Shown here: one piece after another, positions 20,375 to 29,804 of the stretch
Position numbering within the stretch: the first letter of the stretch is position 1
Layout of the letters: each line of letters opens with the position of its first letter
Origin: Salinispira sp.
Lineage (GTDB): Bacteria; Spirochaetota; Spirochaetia; DSM-27196; Salinispiraceae
Assembly (NCBI GenBank): GCA_965602015.1
Contig: OZ271918.1
Coordinates: 3,360,001-3,424,000 of the forward strand
DNA: 64,000 nt
Direction: 5' to 3'
Notes under the pieces: generated by a model
Database searches by the model: none
Told to the model about the DNA's origin: nothing
Seen by the model: only the letters and a program-made list of their open reading frames with translations
Program-made: the position numbers and the translations under genes

Positions 20375-21280
20375 ATGGCCCACTCGTGCAGTAAAAGCGC
20401 GGAAGATATCCTCGACCGTGAATTTCCCGTATTGGACAAGGGTTTTGTCCGATTGGTGGATTATATGGGATCCGACGATCGGATAGTCCAATCCGCCCGG
20501 GTCAGCTACGGAAGCGGCACCAAGAGTTTTCGGCAGGACAAGGGCCTGATCGATTATCTTCTTCGAAACGAGCATACTTCCCCCTTTGAACAGGTGGTGC
20601 TCACCTTCCACGCCAAAATGCCGATTTTTGTCGCGCGTCAGTGGGTCCGTCACCGGACTGCCAGGCTTAATGAAATATCCGGCCGCTACAGCGTCATGAA
20701 GGACGAGTTCTACGTGCCTGCCGGCAAAGACATCGCCTTCCAGAGTGAAGACAACAAACAGGGCCGCCTGGCCGAGGCGGTAAGTCCGGATCTTCAGCAG
20801 AGAATCGCCCGGGAGCTGGAGGACAGGCAAAGCGAGGCCTACAGAGCGTATACCGCCCTTATTGACGGCGGGCTGGCCAGGGAGCTGGCGCGAATTAATC
20901 TGCCCCTCAGCCTGTACACCGAATGGTACTGGCAAATCGATCTGCACAACCTGTTTCACTTCCTGAGGCTCAGACTTGATCCCCACGCCCAATATGAAAT
21001 CCGAGCCTATGCCGAGGTGATGCTGACCGTCGCAGAGGCAGTGGCGCCTCTGGCCACCGAGAGTTTCCGAAACCATCTGCTCGGGGGTGTGAGATTCACC
21101 GCTCGCGAGCTGGAAGCAATACGGGCGACGCTTGCTGTGTCCGCCGATGGCCGGCATGACGGAAATGATCCGGTGGAAGCCCTTCCTGCAGCTTTAAGGG
21201 AAACACTCGATGAGTTGAAATTTACCGGACGTGACAAAGAACGTTTGGCCATCAAGCTTTTAGACGGCCGTCAGACCTAA
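20375..21280 (+). CDS. thyX: FAD-dependent thymidylate synthase
   Basis: ARVSY, HTSPFEQ, ThyX signature RHRTARLNEISGRY, ARELARINLP, HAQYEIR. Confidence 0.96.
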   Translation: MAHSCSKSAEDILDREFPVLDKGFVRLVDYMGSDDRIVQSARVSYGSGTKSFRQDKGLIDYLLRNEHTSPFEQVVLTFHAKMPIFVARQWVRHRTARLNEISGRYSVMKDEFYVPAGKDIAFQSEDNKQGRLAEAVSPDLQQRIARELEDRQSEAYRAYTALIDGGLARELARINLPLSLYTEWYWQIDLHNLFHFLRLRLDPHAQYEIRAYAEVMLTVAEAVAPLATESFRNHLLGGVRFTARELEAIRATLAVSADGRHDGNDPVEALPAALRETLDELKFTGRDKERLAIKLLDGRQT

Positions 21281-21317
21281 AACCCGGAAAAACTAGCCGG
21301 TGAGAGAGATAAATATT

Positions 21318-22073
21318 ATGGAAGACAATAGCTTGCAAAAACGACTTGCCGTGCTGATCGACGCGGATAATGCCCGGCCCTCGATAATCGAGGCTGTGCT
21401 GGAGGAAGTTGCCAACTACGGCATCGCCAGCGTAAAACGCATCTACGGGGACTGGACGAGCCCCAATCTTCGCTCCTGGAAGGAGCTGGTGCTCGAATAC
21501 TCAATTCAGCCCCATCAACAGTTCGCGTACACCACGGGCAAAAACGCCACCGATTCGGCGCTGATAATCGATGCCATGGATCTGCTGTATTCCGGAAGTC
21601 TGGAGGGATTCTGCATCGTGAGCTCGGACAGCGATTTTACCCGGCTCTCATCCCGGCTCAGGGAATCCGGAATGACGGTTTACGGTTTCGGGGAGAAAAA
21701 GACGCCGGAGGCCTTCGTCGTCGCCTGCGACAGGTTTATCTATACGGAAAACCTGCGCAGCACCAAAACCGTCACCGAGGAACAGGATATCCCCCGTATG
21801 TCCTCAAACCAGATGAAGCAGGACTCCCGGCTTATCAATTCAATCCGCAAAGCAATCGAGGACAGCGAGGATGATGAAGGCTGGGCGAACCTGGGTACCG
21901 TCGGCCAGATAATCATGAATGCCTGGCCCCAGTTCGACCCGCGGAATTACGGTTACTCCAAGCTGGGAGAGCTTGTACGGAAAATCGACCTTTTCGAAAT
22001 CGACGCCCGCAAGAGCCCCAGCAACTCCGGCCGTTCGCTGTATATACGGGACCGGCGGAAACACGGCCGCTGA
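21318..22073 (+). CDS. NYN-domain (LabA/DUF88-like) protein with C-terminal OST-HTH/LOTUS domain
   Basis: LIDADN, RIYGDW, GKNATD..LIIDAMD, SSDSDFTRL, FDPRNYGYSKL; alternative start GTG 21300. Confidence 0.9.
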   Translation: MEDNSLQKRLAVLIDADNARPSIIEAVLEEVANYGIASVKRIYGDWTSPNLRSWKELVLEYSIQPHQQFAYTTGKNATDSALIIDAMDLLYSGSLEGFCIVSSDSDFTRLSSRLRESGMTVYGFGEKKTPEAFVVACDRFIYTENLRSTKTVTEEQDIPRMSSNQMKQDSRLINSIRKAIEDSEDDEGWANLGTVGQIIMNAWPQFDPRNYGYSKLGELVRKIDLFEIDARKSPSNSGRSLYIRDRRKHGR

Positions 22074-22107
22074 ACCCGGAGGATGGGGCGGGAGCCTGAA
22101 AAGACCA

Positions 22108-22536
22108 ATGGATAAGCCCAGGTTCTGGCAACAATTTAAATCAGTCATCGCCTTCGTTAAGCCGGCAGACCTGGCGGTTGTCGTTGTGTACCTGTCGCTT
22201 TTTGGGGTTTTCCTTGCCTTGTCGCTGCAAAACGTCGGCGCCGCCGGGTCAATCGTCATTCAAAGCTCGGGGGAAGAGTACCGCTACAGCTTTGATGAAG
22301 ACCGGACCCTGGAGTTCCTCGGTCCCGTAGGAAGCACCTCGGTGGAAATCGATGATGCCGGACGGGCCCGGTTTACCCATTCCGATTGCAGAGATCAAAT
22401 TTGCGTTAACGCCGGATGGCTGGAACGGGGCGGCGAATGGGCCGCCTGCCTGCCGAACCGGGTAATTCTCCGGCTCGACAGGGCTGCTGAAGCTGAAGAG
22501 GGCATAGAAGCGGAAATCGATGCCACTGCCTTTTGA
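22108..22536 (+). CDS. NusG domain II-containing membrane protein
   Basis: One TM helix then GPVGST.VEI, SDCRDQICVNAGW, ACLPNRV. Confidence 0.85.
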   Translation: MDKPRFWQQFKSVIAFVKPADLAVVVVYLSLFGVFLALSLQNVGAAGSIVIQSSGEEYRYSFDEDRTLEFLGPVGSTSVEIDDAGRARFTHSDCRDQICVNAGWLERGGEWAACLPNRVILRLDRAAEAEEGIEAEIDATAF

Positions 22537-22584
22537 AGGGCTATAGGCCAGTGCAGCAGCTATGCCGCCGCGTGCGCCGCCGCA

Positions 22585-23679
22585 CTACCTGAGGTCCTCA
22601 GGCTCCCCCATTTCGTATTCCTGGTCCAGCAGGACAAAGGATTCCAGGAGACCGTCGCTGGGATACACTTTGCGGTCGGCGGTAATAAACACCGCCTCGA
22701 TGTAATCAAGCTCGTTCGCCAGCTCCAGGCCTTCCCGCAGTCCCAGACCGAACAGGGCCGTGGAGTAACCGTCCGCGGTCATGCTGACATCGGAAACGAT
22801 CACCACCCCTTCCAGACCGTTGTTCACCGGAAAGCCGTCGTCGGGATTTAACAGATGATGATATCTGACGCCGTCTTCCTCAAAATACCGCTCATAAATG
22901 CCGGAAGTGACGATGGAAAGGTCTTCAGCCGGAAGGGTGCCGAGGTAGGATCCGCGAACCATGTCCGGCCGCTGAACGCCGATTATCCAGGGCCGTTCTT
23001 CTGAGCGCCGGCCGATGGTGAGAATGTTGCCTCCGAAGTCCAGAATGGCCTTTTTGACACCCTGTTCCTTGAGGTAGTCCGAAACCAGATCGGCAGCGTA
23101 GCCCTTGGCTATTCCCCCCAGATCAACACCGGCTCCCGGCTGAGTAATAAAGGCCCGGTCGGGCTGCCCGTCCCGTCCGTCCGCAGGGTAGAGTTCGAGA
23201 AAGTCGCCGCGAATAAGGGGCAGGGTATTTCGCATCTCTGTTTCAGAAGGAATTCGGGGGTTTTCTCCGCCGATATCCCACAGGGCGACCAGGGGTTCAA
23301 TCATCGGGGTGAAGCGGTTCCGGCTGTTCTCCGCGATTTCGACTGATGCCTGCAGAACCTCCATGGTCATTGGGTCCACGTTCACCGGGGACATGCCCGC
23401 CGCCTCATTCAGGCTCACCAGTTCGCTGTCCTGAAGCTGAAGGCTCATGAGCCGATACACCCTGTCGACGATTTCGAATGACTCTTCGAAAAAGCGGGGC
23501 TTGGGATCGTCGTAAATCGTGATGGTGACAATGGTTCCCAGGCTCTGAACAGATCGTCTGACGGGCTCCGTCTCACTATTTTGCGCGCAGGATGTCAATA
23601 ATGTGAACACAATCACAACAATAGGGATAATTTTATCTATAAAAAACGTCTTTGCACATAGCGCGTTTTTAAATCGCAT
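22585..23679 (-). CDS. apbE: FAD:protein FMN transferase (ApbE), lipoprotein
   Basis: Lipobox LTSC; LGTIV.I, DLGGIAKGY, DFGGNI, TSGIYERYF, YHHLLNP, ADGYSTA; alternative start 23694. Confidence 0.93.
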   Translation of the reverse strand: MRFKNALCAKTFFIDKIIPIVVIVFTLLTSCAQNSETEPVRRSVQSLGTIVTITIYDDPKPRFFEESFEIVDRVYRLMSLQLQDSELVSLNEAAGMSPVNVDPMTMEVLQASVEIAENSRNRFTPMIEPLVALWDIGGENPRIPSETEMRNTLPLIRGDFLELYPADGRDGQPDRAFITQPGAGVDLGGIAKGYAADLVSDYLKEQGVKKAILDFGGNILTIGRRSEERPWIIGVQRPDMVRGSYLGTLPAEDLSIVTSGIYERYFEEDGVRYHHLLNPDDGFPVNNGLEGVVIVSDVSMTADGYSTALFGLGLREGLELANELDYIEAVFITADRKVYPSDGLLESFVLLDQEYEMGEPEDLR

Positions 23680-23749
23680 GATAGACTCGGTCATAGTAAA
23701 AACTTATACCAATCTAAACCACGTAACACAAGCTGAGCAGGAGGCTTCT

Positions 23750-25849
23750 GTGAGCGATACGACAAAAATCGTCGTCCTTGGCGGTGGTTACGGCGGAGTA
23801 CACGCCGTAAAAACCCTGTACAAGGCATTTAAAAAAGATAAGTCGGTTGAGATAACCCTCATCGACAGGAATCCGTACCATACCCTGATGACCGAACTAC
23901 ATGAAATTGCCGGTCACAGAACCGAGCCTGAAGCTGTTCAGGTCAGCTTCAAGCGGATATTCGGCGGCAAGCGGATCAACGTAATCAGCGATGAAGTTCA
24001 GGGCATCGACTTTGAAGAAAAGATCATCAAATCCGAGAGCTATTCGTATGAATACGATTACCTGGTTCTGGCAACCGGCGGTCAGCCGGAATTTTTCGGC
24101 GTAGAGGGAATACAGGAAAACTCCTTTACCCTCTGGAGCCTGGAAGATGCTATCCGGATTCGCGAGCATGTGGAACTGATGTTCCGCGAAGCAGCGAAGG
24201 AGCCCAATGCGGAAATTCGCGCTGAAATTCTCAACTTCGTCATTGCCGGCGCCGGATTCACCGGAATGGAACTGGCCGGCGAACTCCTGGAACTGCGCGA
24301 TGTGCTCTGCGCCAAGTATCACATTGATGTGAAAGAAGTAAAAATCGTCATAGTCGAGGCCCAGGACACCATCCTTCCCATTCTCCCGGAAAAGCCCCGG
24401 AGAGCCGCCGCCAAGTACCTCAAAAAACACAATGTCGATGTCCACCTCAATGCCGCCGTGGCCAAGGGCGAAGAGAACAAGTTCACCCTGTCCGACGGAA
24501 CGGTGTATAAAACCCGCACATTCGTCTGGACCTGTGGAATTCACGGTTCGGAGTTTACCGCCCGAATCGGCCTGACCAAGGGAAAAACCTCAAACGACAA
24601 GTGTTCCATTGCCAGCCCCGAGGGAATCCACGGAATGGCGGGCTGTCACTTTGATGACGACGACCGCTACGTAGTCGGAGAGCGGGGACGTATCCTGGTT
24701 ACCGACCAGATGCGCTCGGTGGACTACACCAACGTGTATCTCTGCGGAGACATGATCTGGTATCTCAATGAAGAAAAAGTGGTACCCCAGATCGTGGAAA
24801 CCGCGATTCAGAGCGCCGATGTTGTTGCCCACAACATTATCTGCGACATCAAAGAAAAGACAGAGGACAAAAAATCCTTCAAACCCAACTATCATGGTTT
24901 TATGGTCTCCATTGGCGGCCGCTACGGCGTGGCCCACGTCATGGGCATCAGCCTTTACGGTTTCATGGCCATGGCAGCGAAACACATGATAAACGTTCAC
25001 TATCTCTTCGAGATCGCCGGCGTCAACGCCGTCTGGGGATACCTCAAAGAGGAGTTTCTCACCATCCGCAACCGCCGGTCGATTCTCGGCGGCCACGCCG
25101 CCGCGAAAGTTCCGGCCTACTGGGCTCTTCCTGCCAGGCTCTGGCTGGGATTCGCATGGCTGGTGGAAGGCCTGAACAAGGTCGGCGAAGGATGGCTTCG
25201 ATTCGCAGAGGGAACCAAGTCCGGCTGGATGTTCTCCCCGGGTGTAACCCAGGCTGGCGTTCAGATAGCCGATGCTGCTTCGGCCGCCAGCGAGGAATGG
25301 GTGGAAGGCGGTGAAGCCGCCGCCGATACCGCAGCCGCGGCTTCAGAATGGGTTGAACCTGCAGCCGACGCTGCTGCCGCCGCAACCGAGTGGGTCGAAC
25401 CCGCCGCCGAATCCGCAGCCCAGGCGGTCCGGGGATTTTACATCAACCTCGAAGCCGCAATCCTGTCCTGGGACTCGGGACTCGTCACCTGGTTCCGGGA
25501 AACCTTTATGGACGGCCTGTTCGCCCTGCTGCCCTTCTCGCTCTTCCAGCTGATGATCGTCGGGGCTGAAGTCGCTATCGGACTGGCGCTCATCGGAGGA
25601 CTGTTTACCTGGCCAGCCGCTGTAGCATCAATCGGCCTGGTGGTGGTGTTCGTCCTTTCGGGGATGTTCAGCTGGATGCAGCTGTGGTACGTGTTTATCG
25701 CCATCGTAATGATGGGCGGTGCGGGTCACGTCGCCGGTTTGGACCACTGGGTAATGCCCTGGCTCAAACGGCGCTGGAACTCCACCACCCTTGCCCAACG
25801 CACCCATCTGTATACCGATGAGCCGGTAATGCGGAACAAGAAAAAGTAA
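23750..25849 (+). CDS. ndh: Type II NADH dehydrogenase with C-terminal DoxX-like membrane domain
   Basis: VVLGGGYGG, LHEIAG, GAGFTGMELAGE, GDM; C-terminal RLWLGFAWLVEGLNK and EVAIGLALIGGLFT..AG..AGLD; AGGAGG RBS before GTG 23750. Confidence 0.88.
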   Translation: MSDTTKIVVLGGGYGGVHAVKTLYKAFKKDKSVEITLIDRNPYHTLMTELHEIAGHRTEPEAVQVSFKRIFGGKRINVISDEVQGIDFEEKIIKSESYSYEYDYLVLATGGQPEFFGVEGIQENSFTLWSLEDAIRIREHVELMFREAAKEPNAEIRAEILNFVIAGAGFTGMELAGELLELRDVLCAKYHIDVKEVKIVIVEAQDTILPILPEKPRRAAAKYLKKHNVDVHLNAAVAKGEENKFTLSDGTVYKTRTFVWTCGIHGSEFTARIGLTKGKTSNDKCSIASPEGIHGMAGCHFDDDDRYVVGERGRILVTDQMRSVDYTNVYLCGDMIWYLNEEKVVPQIVETAIQSADVVAHNIICDIKEKTEDKKSFKPNYHGFMVSIGGRYGVAHVMGISLYGFMAMAAKHMINVHYLFEIAGVNAVWGYLKEEFLTIRNRRSILGGHAAAKVPAYWALPARLWLGFAWLVEGLNKVGEGWLRFAEGTKSGWMFSPGVTQAGVQIADAASAASEEWVEGGEAAADTAAAASEWVEPAADAAAAATEWVEPAAESAAQAVRGFYINLEAAILSWDSGLVTWFRETFMDGLFALLPFSLFQLMIVGAEVAIGLALIGGLFTWPAAVASIGLVVVFVLSGMFSWMQLWYVFIAIVMMGGAGHVAGLDHWVMPWLKRRWNSTTLAQRTHLYTDEPVMRNKKK
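25268..25425 (+). repeat. Three degenerate in-frame repeats ADAxxAA[S/T]EWVE in the Ndh membrane-domain loop
   Basis: ADAASAASEEWVE / ADTAAAASEWVEP / ADAAAAATEWVEP. Confidence 0.8.
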
Positions 25850-25861
25850 CCTGCGGGTACG

Positions 25862-27043
25862 ATGAAAAATTTTTGGAAACCCCTGAAGTGGTTAATCCCC
25901 GAACTAGAAATAGTCCGGGGATTAATTCTTCTCGCCATCGAAGAGTCCCATCTCCCCCACAAGGTTCTTGAACAAACTGCACGGGATCTCTTTGATCCGC
26001 CGGGAAAGATGATTCGGCCCGGAATGCTGCTGCTCAGCGCCAGAAGTTTCGCCGGCGCTGCGCTAAAATCGGAGCGTATGTCGGTGCCGGCGAGTTGGGG
26101 CGCCAAACAGTTTGTCGAAGAGCTGAGAAAGAGATTCAAAAGCCTCGACGACCTAATTTCCGCCGATCTCAATGAGGCGCCTCTTCCTGGAGCGCTGCCG
26201 CTGCGATTTTATCTCATGGCGGCCGCCGTCGAGATGCTTCACTCGGCTACCCTCCTCCACGATGACGTCCTGGACTCGGCGGAGACCCGGCGAAACCGCC
26301 CGAGCGTACCGTCGCGAATCGGCAATCATCAGGCCATACTGCTGGGAGATCAGCTGCTGACCATGGCCTTTGAAATTATCAGTGAAGCCGCCTCCATCAA
26401 CTCGGCGCGGCTTATCAGCCGGGTGGTCAGCGGAATATGCCGCGGCGAACTCCTGCAGAACTCCATGCTGTACTCCGTGGAGGACGGAATCAGCCTCCGG
26501 CGTTACCGGGAGCGAATTGCCGGCAAGACCGCGGCCATGTTCTCCCTCGCAATGTACCTCGGCGCCAGAGAAATGGAGCATTTTACCAGGGATAGGCACA
26601 GCCTCGGAGAAATCCACGATCCCAAACGGGACGACCCCAGGACCGACAGCCCGGCCTGCCGCTACATTCGCCGCTTCGGCTATGCCACTGGTATGGCGTT
26701 CCAGATTATCGACGATGTACTCGACCTCGATGTATCGGCGGATAACGGGAAAACCAAGGGGACCGATATCCGCGAGGGAATCATCACCCTGCCACTCATC
26801 CTCATGCTCCGGAACGGGACCTTGAGCAAAGAGCAGCTGACGGCACTGTGGAGCGAACCGGAAGCCGTCGAGATTTTTTTACAGAGCAGGGAACTCTCAG
26901 GCGCGTGTGCAGACGCCATTGCGGAAGCCGATATATACGTCAGAAGAGCCCAACGGGCTATCGAAGCTGCCCGGGATGAATCTGGTTTTGATTTGGATGG
27001 TCTTTCCCTGGTTTCCCAACTGCTGCTTCACCGAAGGTATTAG
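25862..27043 (+). CDS. Polyprenyl diphosphate synthase
   Basis: GKMIRP, first aspartate-rich motif HDDVLD..RR, GKTA, second motif FQIIDDVLD. Confidence 0.92.
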   Translation: MKNFWKPLKWLIPELEIVRGLILLAIEESHLPHKVLEQTARDLFDPPGKMIRPGMLLLSARSFAGAALKSERMSVPASWGAKQFVEELRKRFKSLDDLISADLNEAPLPGALPLRFYLMAAAVEMLHSATLLHDDVLDSAETRRNRPSVPSRIGNHQAILLGDQLLTMAFEIISEAASINSARLISRVVSGICRGELLQNSMLYSVEDGISLRRYRERIAGKTAAMFSLAMYLGAREMEHFTRDRHSLGEIHDPKRDDPRTDSPACRYIRRFGYATGMAFQIIDDVLDLDVSADNGKTKGTDIREGIITLPLILMLRNGTLSKEQLTALWSEPEAVEIFLQSRELSGACADAIAEADIYVRRAQRAIEAARDESGFDLDGLSLVSQLLLHRRY

Positions 27044-27046
27044 TTG

Positions 27047-28302
27047 TGAAGTGCCCCCAAAACAGCTGATTTCCTCCCCTCAGGCCACCGCATAATCGGG
27101 CAGATCGATCTTCAGCGCACTCACCGGTGTCTTCCAGATCCGGTGCCAGGTCTTCCATTGGCTGATGTCCAACACCAGATGATGAACGAAGGCCCGCTGT
27201 GTAAACATCCTTTTTGCCAACGTGAGTACCCGCCTTCGGTCAAACCCGGCAACCTCACCATGGCTGATATCGTTTCGTCCGTTTATCCGATACGGCTTGA
27301 GCAGGTTATGATAGGCGATGTAAATCATCATCCGCTCCATGCTGTTGTTCACCGATTTTGACCACTGGACACTCTGGCGGACATGACAGGATTGATCCTT
27401 TCGTATCTCCCGATCCAGGTAATTCACCGGAAACAGCGGGTTCTCAGTGGTCCTGACTACCCTCGATGAGGTTCGGTGATGGATAACCCGCCCTGCATTT
27501 TCCAACTCCGCCCAGTCCCGATGAGCGCACAGCTCACGGCGGTATTCGAGTTTTTCATCGCTCAAGAGATAGCATGGCTTCTTCGATGAATAGGCCTTCC
27601 ACCGGGGAAGAATGGTGTTTATCACATCCTGGAAAGATCGCGCAATTTGTCCCCCTGCAATAGGATACCGGCGATTGAGCTCATCGCGCCGGCGCTTTTG
27701 TGCGGGGGTCATCCGCCCTTTGCGCCGCATCTGCGCATAGTCGCACGCATAGACAACCTGGCTGTCGGAACCTACCGCGAGAGTGAAGTTGTTCGGCCAG
27801 TATTGGCTGTACACAAAGCTTTCAAACCCATCAACGGCAATATCCTCATCGATTGTATGATCGCTCAATAACTGGGCCATGGCAGCGATCGCCTGACGGG
27901 ACAGGCGGCTCAGCCGATTGAGAATGACCTTGTCAGTGACATAAAATTCCCGGGCAATGTCGCGGATGCCGGAGGCCGAGTTGATCGAAGAGAAGATGCG
28001 CCGGTAATCGAGGCGATGATGTGTGCGATAATCGAGGTGAAACGCGCTTTCGCAGAAGTATCGACGGCAATGCTTACAGCGATAGCGCTGTGAAGAACCG
28101 AGGCGGCGGCAGTGATAGTGGCCGTTTCGGACAAACCAGCATCGGCTTGATTCTCTGTCGCGATGATGCTGAGAACAGTCCGAGTACGGACAGAAACGAG
28201 GGATTAATGCCATGGTAATCTCCTATGAGCGGGAATCGTGTCATAGAAGACTACTGGCAAAAGAGTTATGTTGATTCGATCAGCTGTTTTGGGGACACTT
28301 TC
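27047..28302 (-). mobile_element. Insertion sequence, IS1-like, bounded by ~22-bp TIRs
   Basis: Left AAGTGCCCCCAAAACAGCTGAT (27049-27070); right reverse complement AAGTGTCCCCAAAACAGCTGAT (28279-28300), 21/22 identical; a single ORF fills the interior; no clear target-site duplication. Confidence 0.8.
27080..28213 (-). CDS. Putative DDE transposase with N-terminal zinc finger (IS1-like)
   Basis: CPYSDC...RNGH...QRYRCKHC zinc ribbon; HTH-like SGIRDIAREF; candidate acidic residues in DGFES, SDEK, NYLDREIR; flanked by TIRs. Confidence 0.75.
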   Translation of the reverse strand: MALIPRFCPYSDCSQHHRDRESSRCWFVRNGHYHCRRLGSSQRYRCKHCRRYFCESAFHLDYRTHHRLDYRRIFSSINSASGIRDIAREFYVTDKVILNRLSRLSRQAIAAMAQLLSDHTIDEDIAVDGFESFVYSQYWPNNFTLAVGSDSQVVYACDYAQMRRKGRMTPAQKRRRDELNRRYPIAGGQIARSFQDVINTILPRWKAYSSKKPCYLLSDEKLEYRRELCAHRDWAELENAGRVIHHRTSSRVVRTTENPLFPVNYLDREIRKDQSCHVRQSVQWSKSVNNSMERMMIYIAYHNLLKPYRINGRNDISHGEVAGFDRRRVLTLAKRMFTQRAFVHHLVLDISQWKTWHRIWKTPVSALKIDLPDYAVA

Positions 28303-28303
28303 A

Positions 28304-29092
28304 TCACATACCTAGATCGGGATACTCGTAGAGGGGAATAAAACCCCTAACCAGATGGCTGGCGAGCCATGCGTCCGGTTTTATGTGCCGGTGGGATCTC
28401 ATGCGCATCGGGCTGTTGACCAGTTCGCCCGCATCGTTTGTGTATTCATCGGGCTTGAACAGATTCATTTTTTCGAGCACCACACCACGGACGTAATTGT
28501 AATGGAGGTAGGTGATCTGGCCGTTCTCGCTCACCGATACTACAATGCCGGCGTGGGTGAAGGGATCGCCCCATTTACCGTCGCCGTCCTTGTCATAGGT
28601 GTCGTCCCAGATGATGACGTCGCCGGGACTCGGGAGGGCATCGAAATAGTTCAGCTCATAAGCTTCGCCCATGTCGTTGAGCCGTTTGACCCCGTTGCCG
28701 CTGTATAGGTGGAAGTATTTTACCGGGTTAAGACCGGCGCCCCAGTAGGCCGCCAAAACGGTGCCGGTGCAGTCCGCCGGGAACTCCTGCCCGTTTACCA
28801 CCAGGCGCTCGGTCTCAGTGAGGCTGATACCCGACTCGACGATCATCCTCTGTATTTCCGTCGGATACACATAGCCGTCGATAATTTCGAGGGTCCGGTC
28901 ACCCCTTTGAACTGATTTGCCGTTGAGCTCGGGCAGAGCCTGGGGCTTAACGGCGGGCTTGTAGGGCCGGGAGTCCGGGAAAGCGGTCTCCAGGCTTGCG
29001 CAGGATGAGAGAAAAACTGCCAGGCTAATGAGCAGGGCAGCAAGCCGTATATTTTTACGCCGAAGGGACGGCGAGGGGTTCTCCTTGACCAT
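28304..29092 (-). CDS. Lipoprotein with NlpC/P60-CHAP-like peptidase domain
   Basis: Lipobox LSSC; DCTG catalytic Cys, PGDVIIWDDTYD, THAGIV. Confidence 0.8.
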   Translation of the reverse strand: MVKENPSPSLRRKNIRLAALLISLAVFLSSCASLETAFPDSRPYKPAVKPQALPELNGKSVQRGDRTLEIIDGYVYPTEIQRMIVESGISLTETERLVVNGQEFPADCTGTVLAAYWGAGLNPVKYFHLYSGNGVKRLNDMGEAYELNYFDALPSPGDVIIWDDTYDKDGDGKWGDPFTHAGIVVSVSENGQITYLHYNYVRGVVLEKMNLFKPDEYTNDAGELVNSPMRMRSHRHIKPDAWLASHLVRGFIPLYEYPDLGM

Positions 29093-29134
29093 TTAGACCT
29101 CCCTGGGTAATTTTTTACATAATCTGGAGTACAC

Positions 29135-29800
29135 ATGAAAGAAAATTCTATTTTGCGAAAGCAGTTTCCCTTCGCCTACTACAATATAACACTATATATA
29201 ATTATCGCGAATCTTCTCGTATTTCTTATCGTTAATGTAATAAATGGGCCGGTCATTCGTCTGCGGGACGGTAACCTCGGGCTTACCTCTGCGTTAAGCA
29301 TGGTTCCCCTTCTGGTGAACCGGGGGTTTGTATGGCAGTTTTTTACCTATATGTTTGTGCATGCGGGTACGAATCACCTTATTTTTAACATGCTGGGACT
29401 CTTTATCTTCGGTTCCCAGGTGGAACGGGAGATGGGCAGCTGGGAGTTTCTCATGTTCTATCTGATTACCGGAGCCCTTGCTGGCGTTCTATCCTATGCA
29501 ATCTACCTTGCAGGCGGAGCCCTGGCGGTTCATCTACTCGGAGCCAGCGGGGCCTTATACGCAGTTATGCTCGCCTTTGCAACCTATTTTCCCAATGCCA
29601 GAATTTTTGTCATGGGAATACTTCCGGTGCGCTCGGTAACCCTCATTCTGGTGTACGCCGGCATTGCGGTGTTTTCCCAGTTTACCGGATCCCAGTCGGG
29701 AGTCGCCCATATGACACATCTTGGGGGATTCATTTTTGCCTTCCTGTATTACCTGATCCGCTTTAATCACAACCCGGTCAACAGTTGGCGGAATCGATAA
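29135..29800 (+). CDS. Rhomboid intramembrane serine protease
   Basis: WQFFTYMFVH, HLIFNM, GASG, AHMTHLGG. Confidence 0.93.
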   Translation: MKENSILRKQFPFAYYNITLYIIIANLLVFLIVNVINGPVIRLRDGNLGLTSALSMVPLLVNRGFVWQFFTYMFVHAGTNHLIFNMLGLFIFGSQVEREMGSWEFLMFYLITGALAGVLSYAIYLAGGALAVHLLGASGALYAVMLAFATYFPNARIFVMGILPVRSVTLILVYAGIAVFSQFTGSQSGVAHMTHLGGFIFAFLYYLIRFNHNPVNSWRNR

Positions 29801-29804
29801 CCAG

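Noticed and set aside
21318..22073. NYN-domain gene as an anti-phage defence locus
   Set aside because: Common stand-alone LabA/DUF88-type gene with no defence-associated neighbours
27038..28311. Target-site duplication around the IS1-like element
   Set aside because: Flanks TATTAGTTG and ATCACATAC do not match
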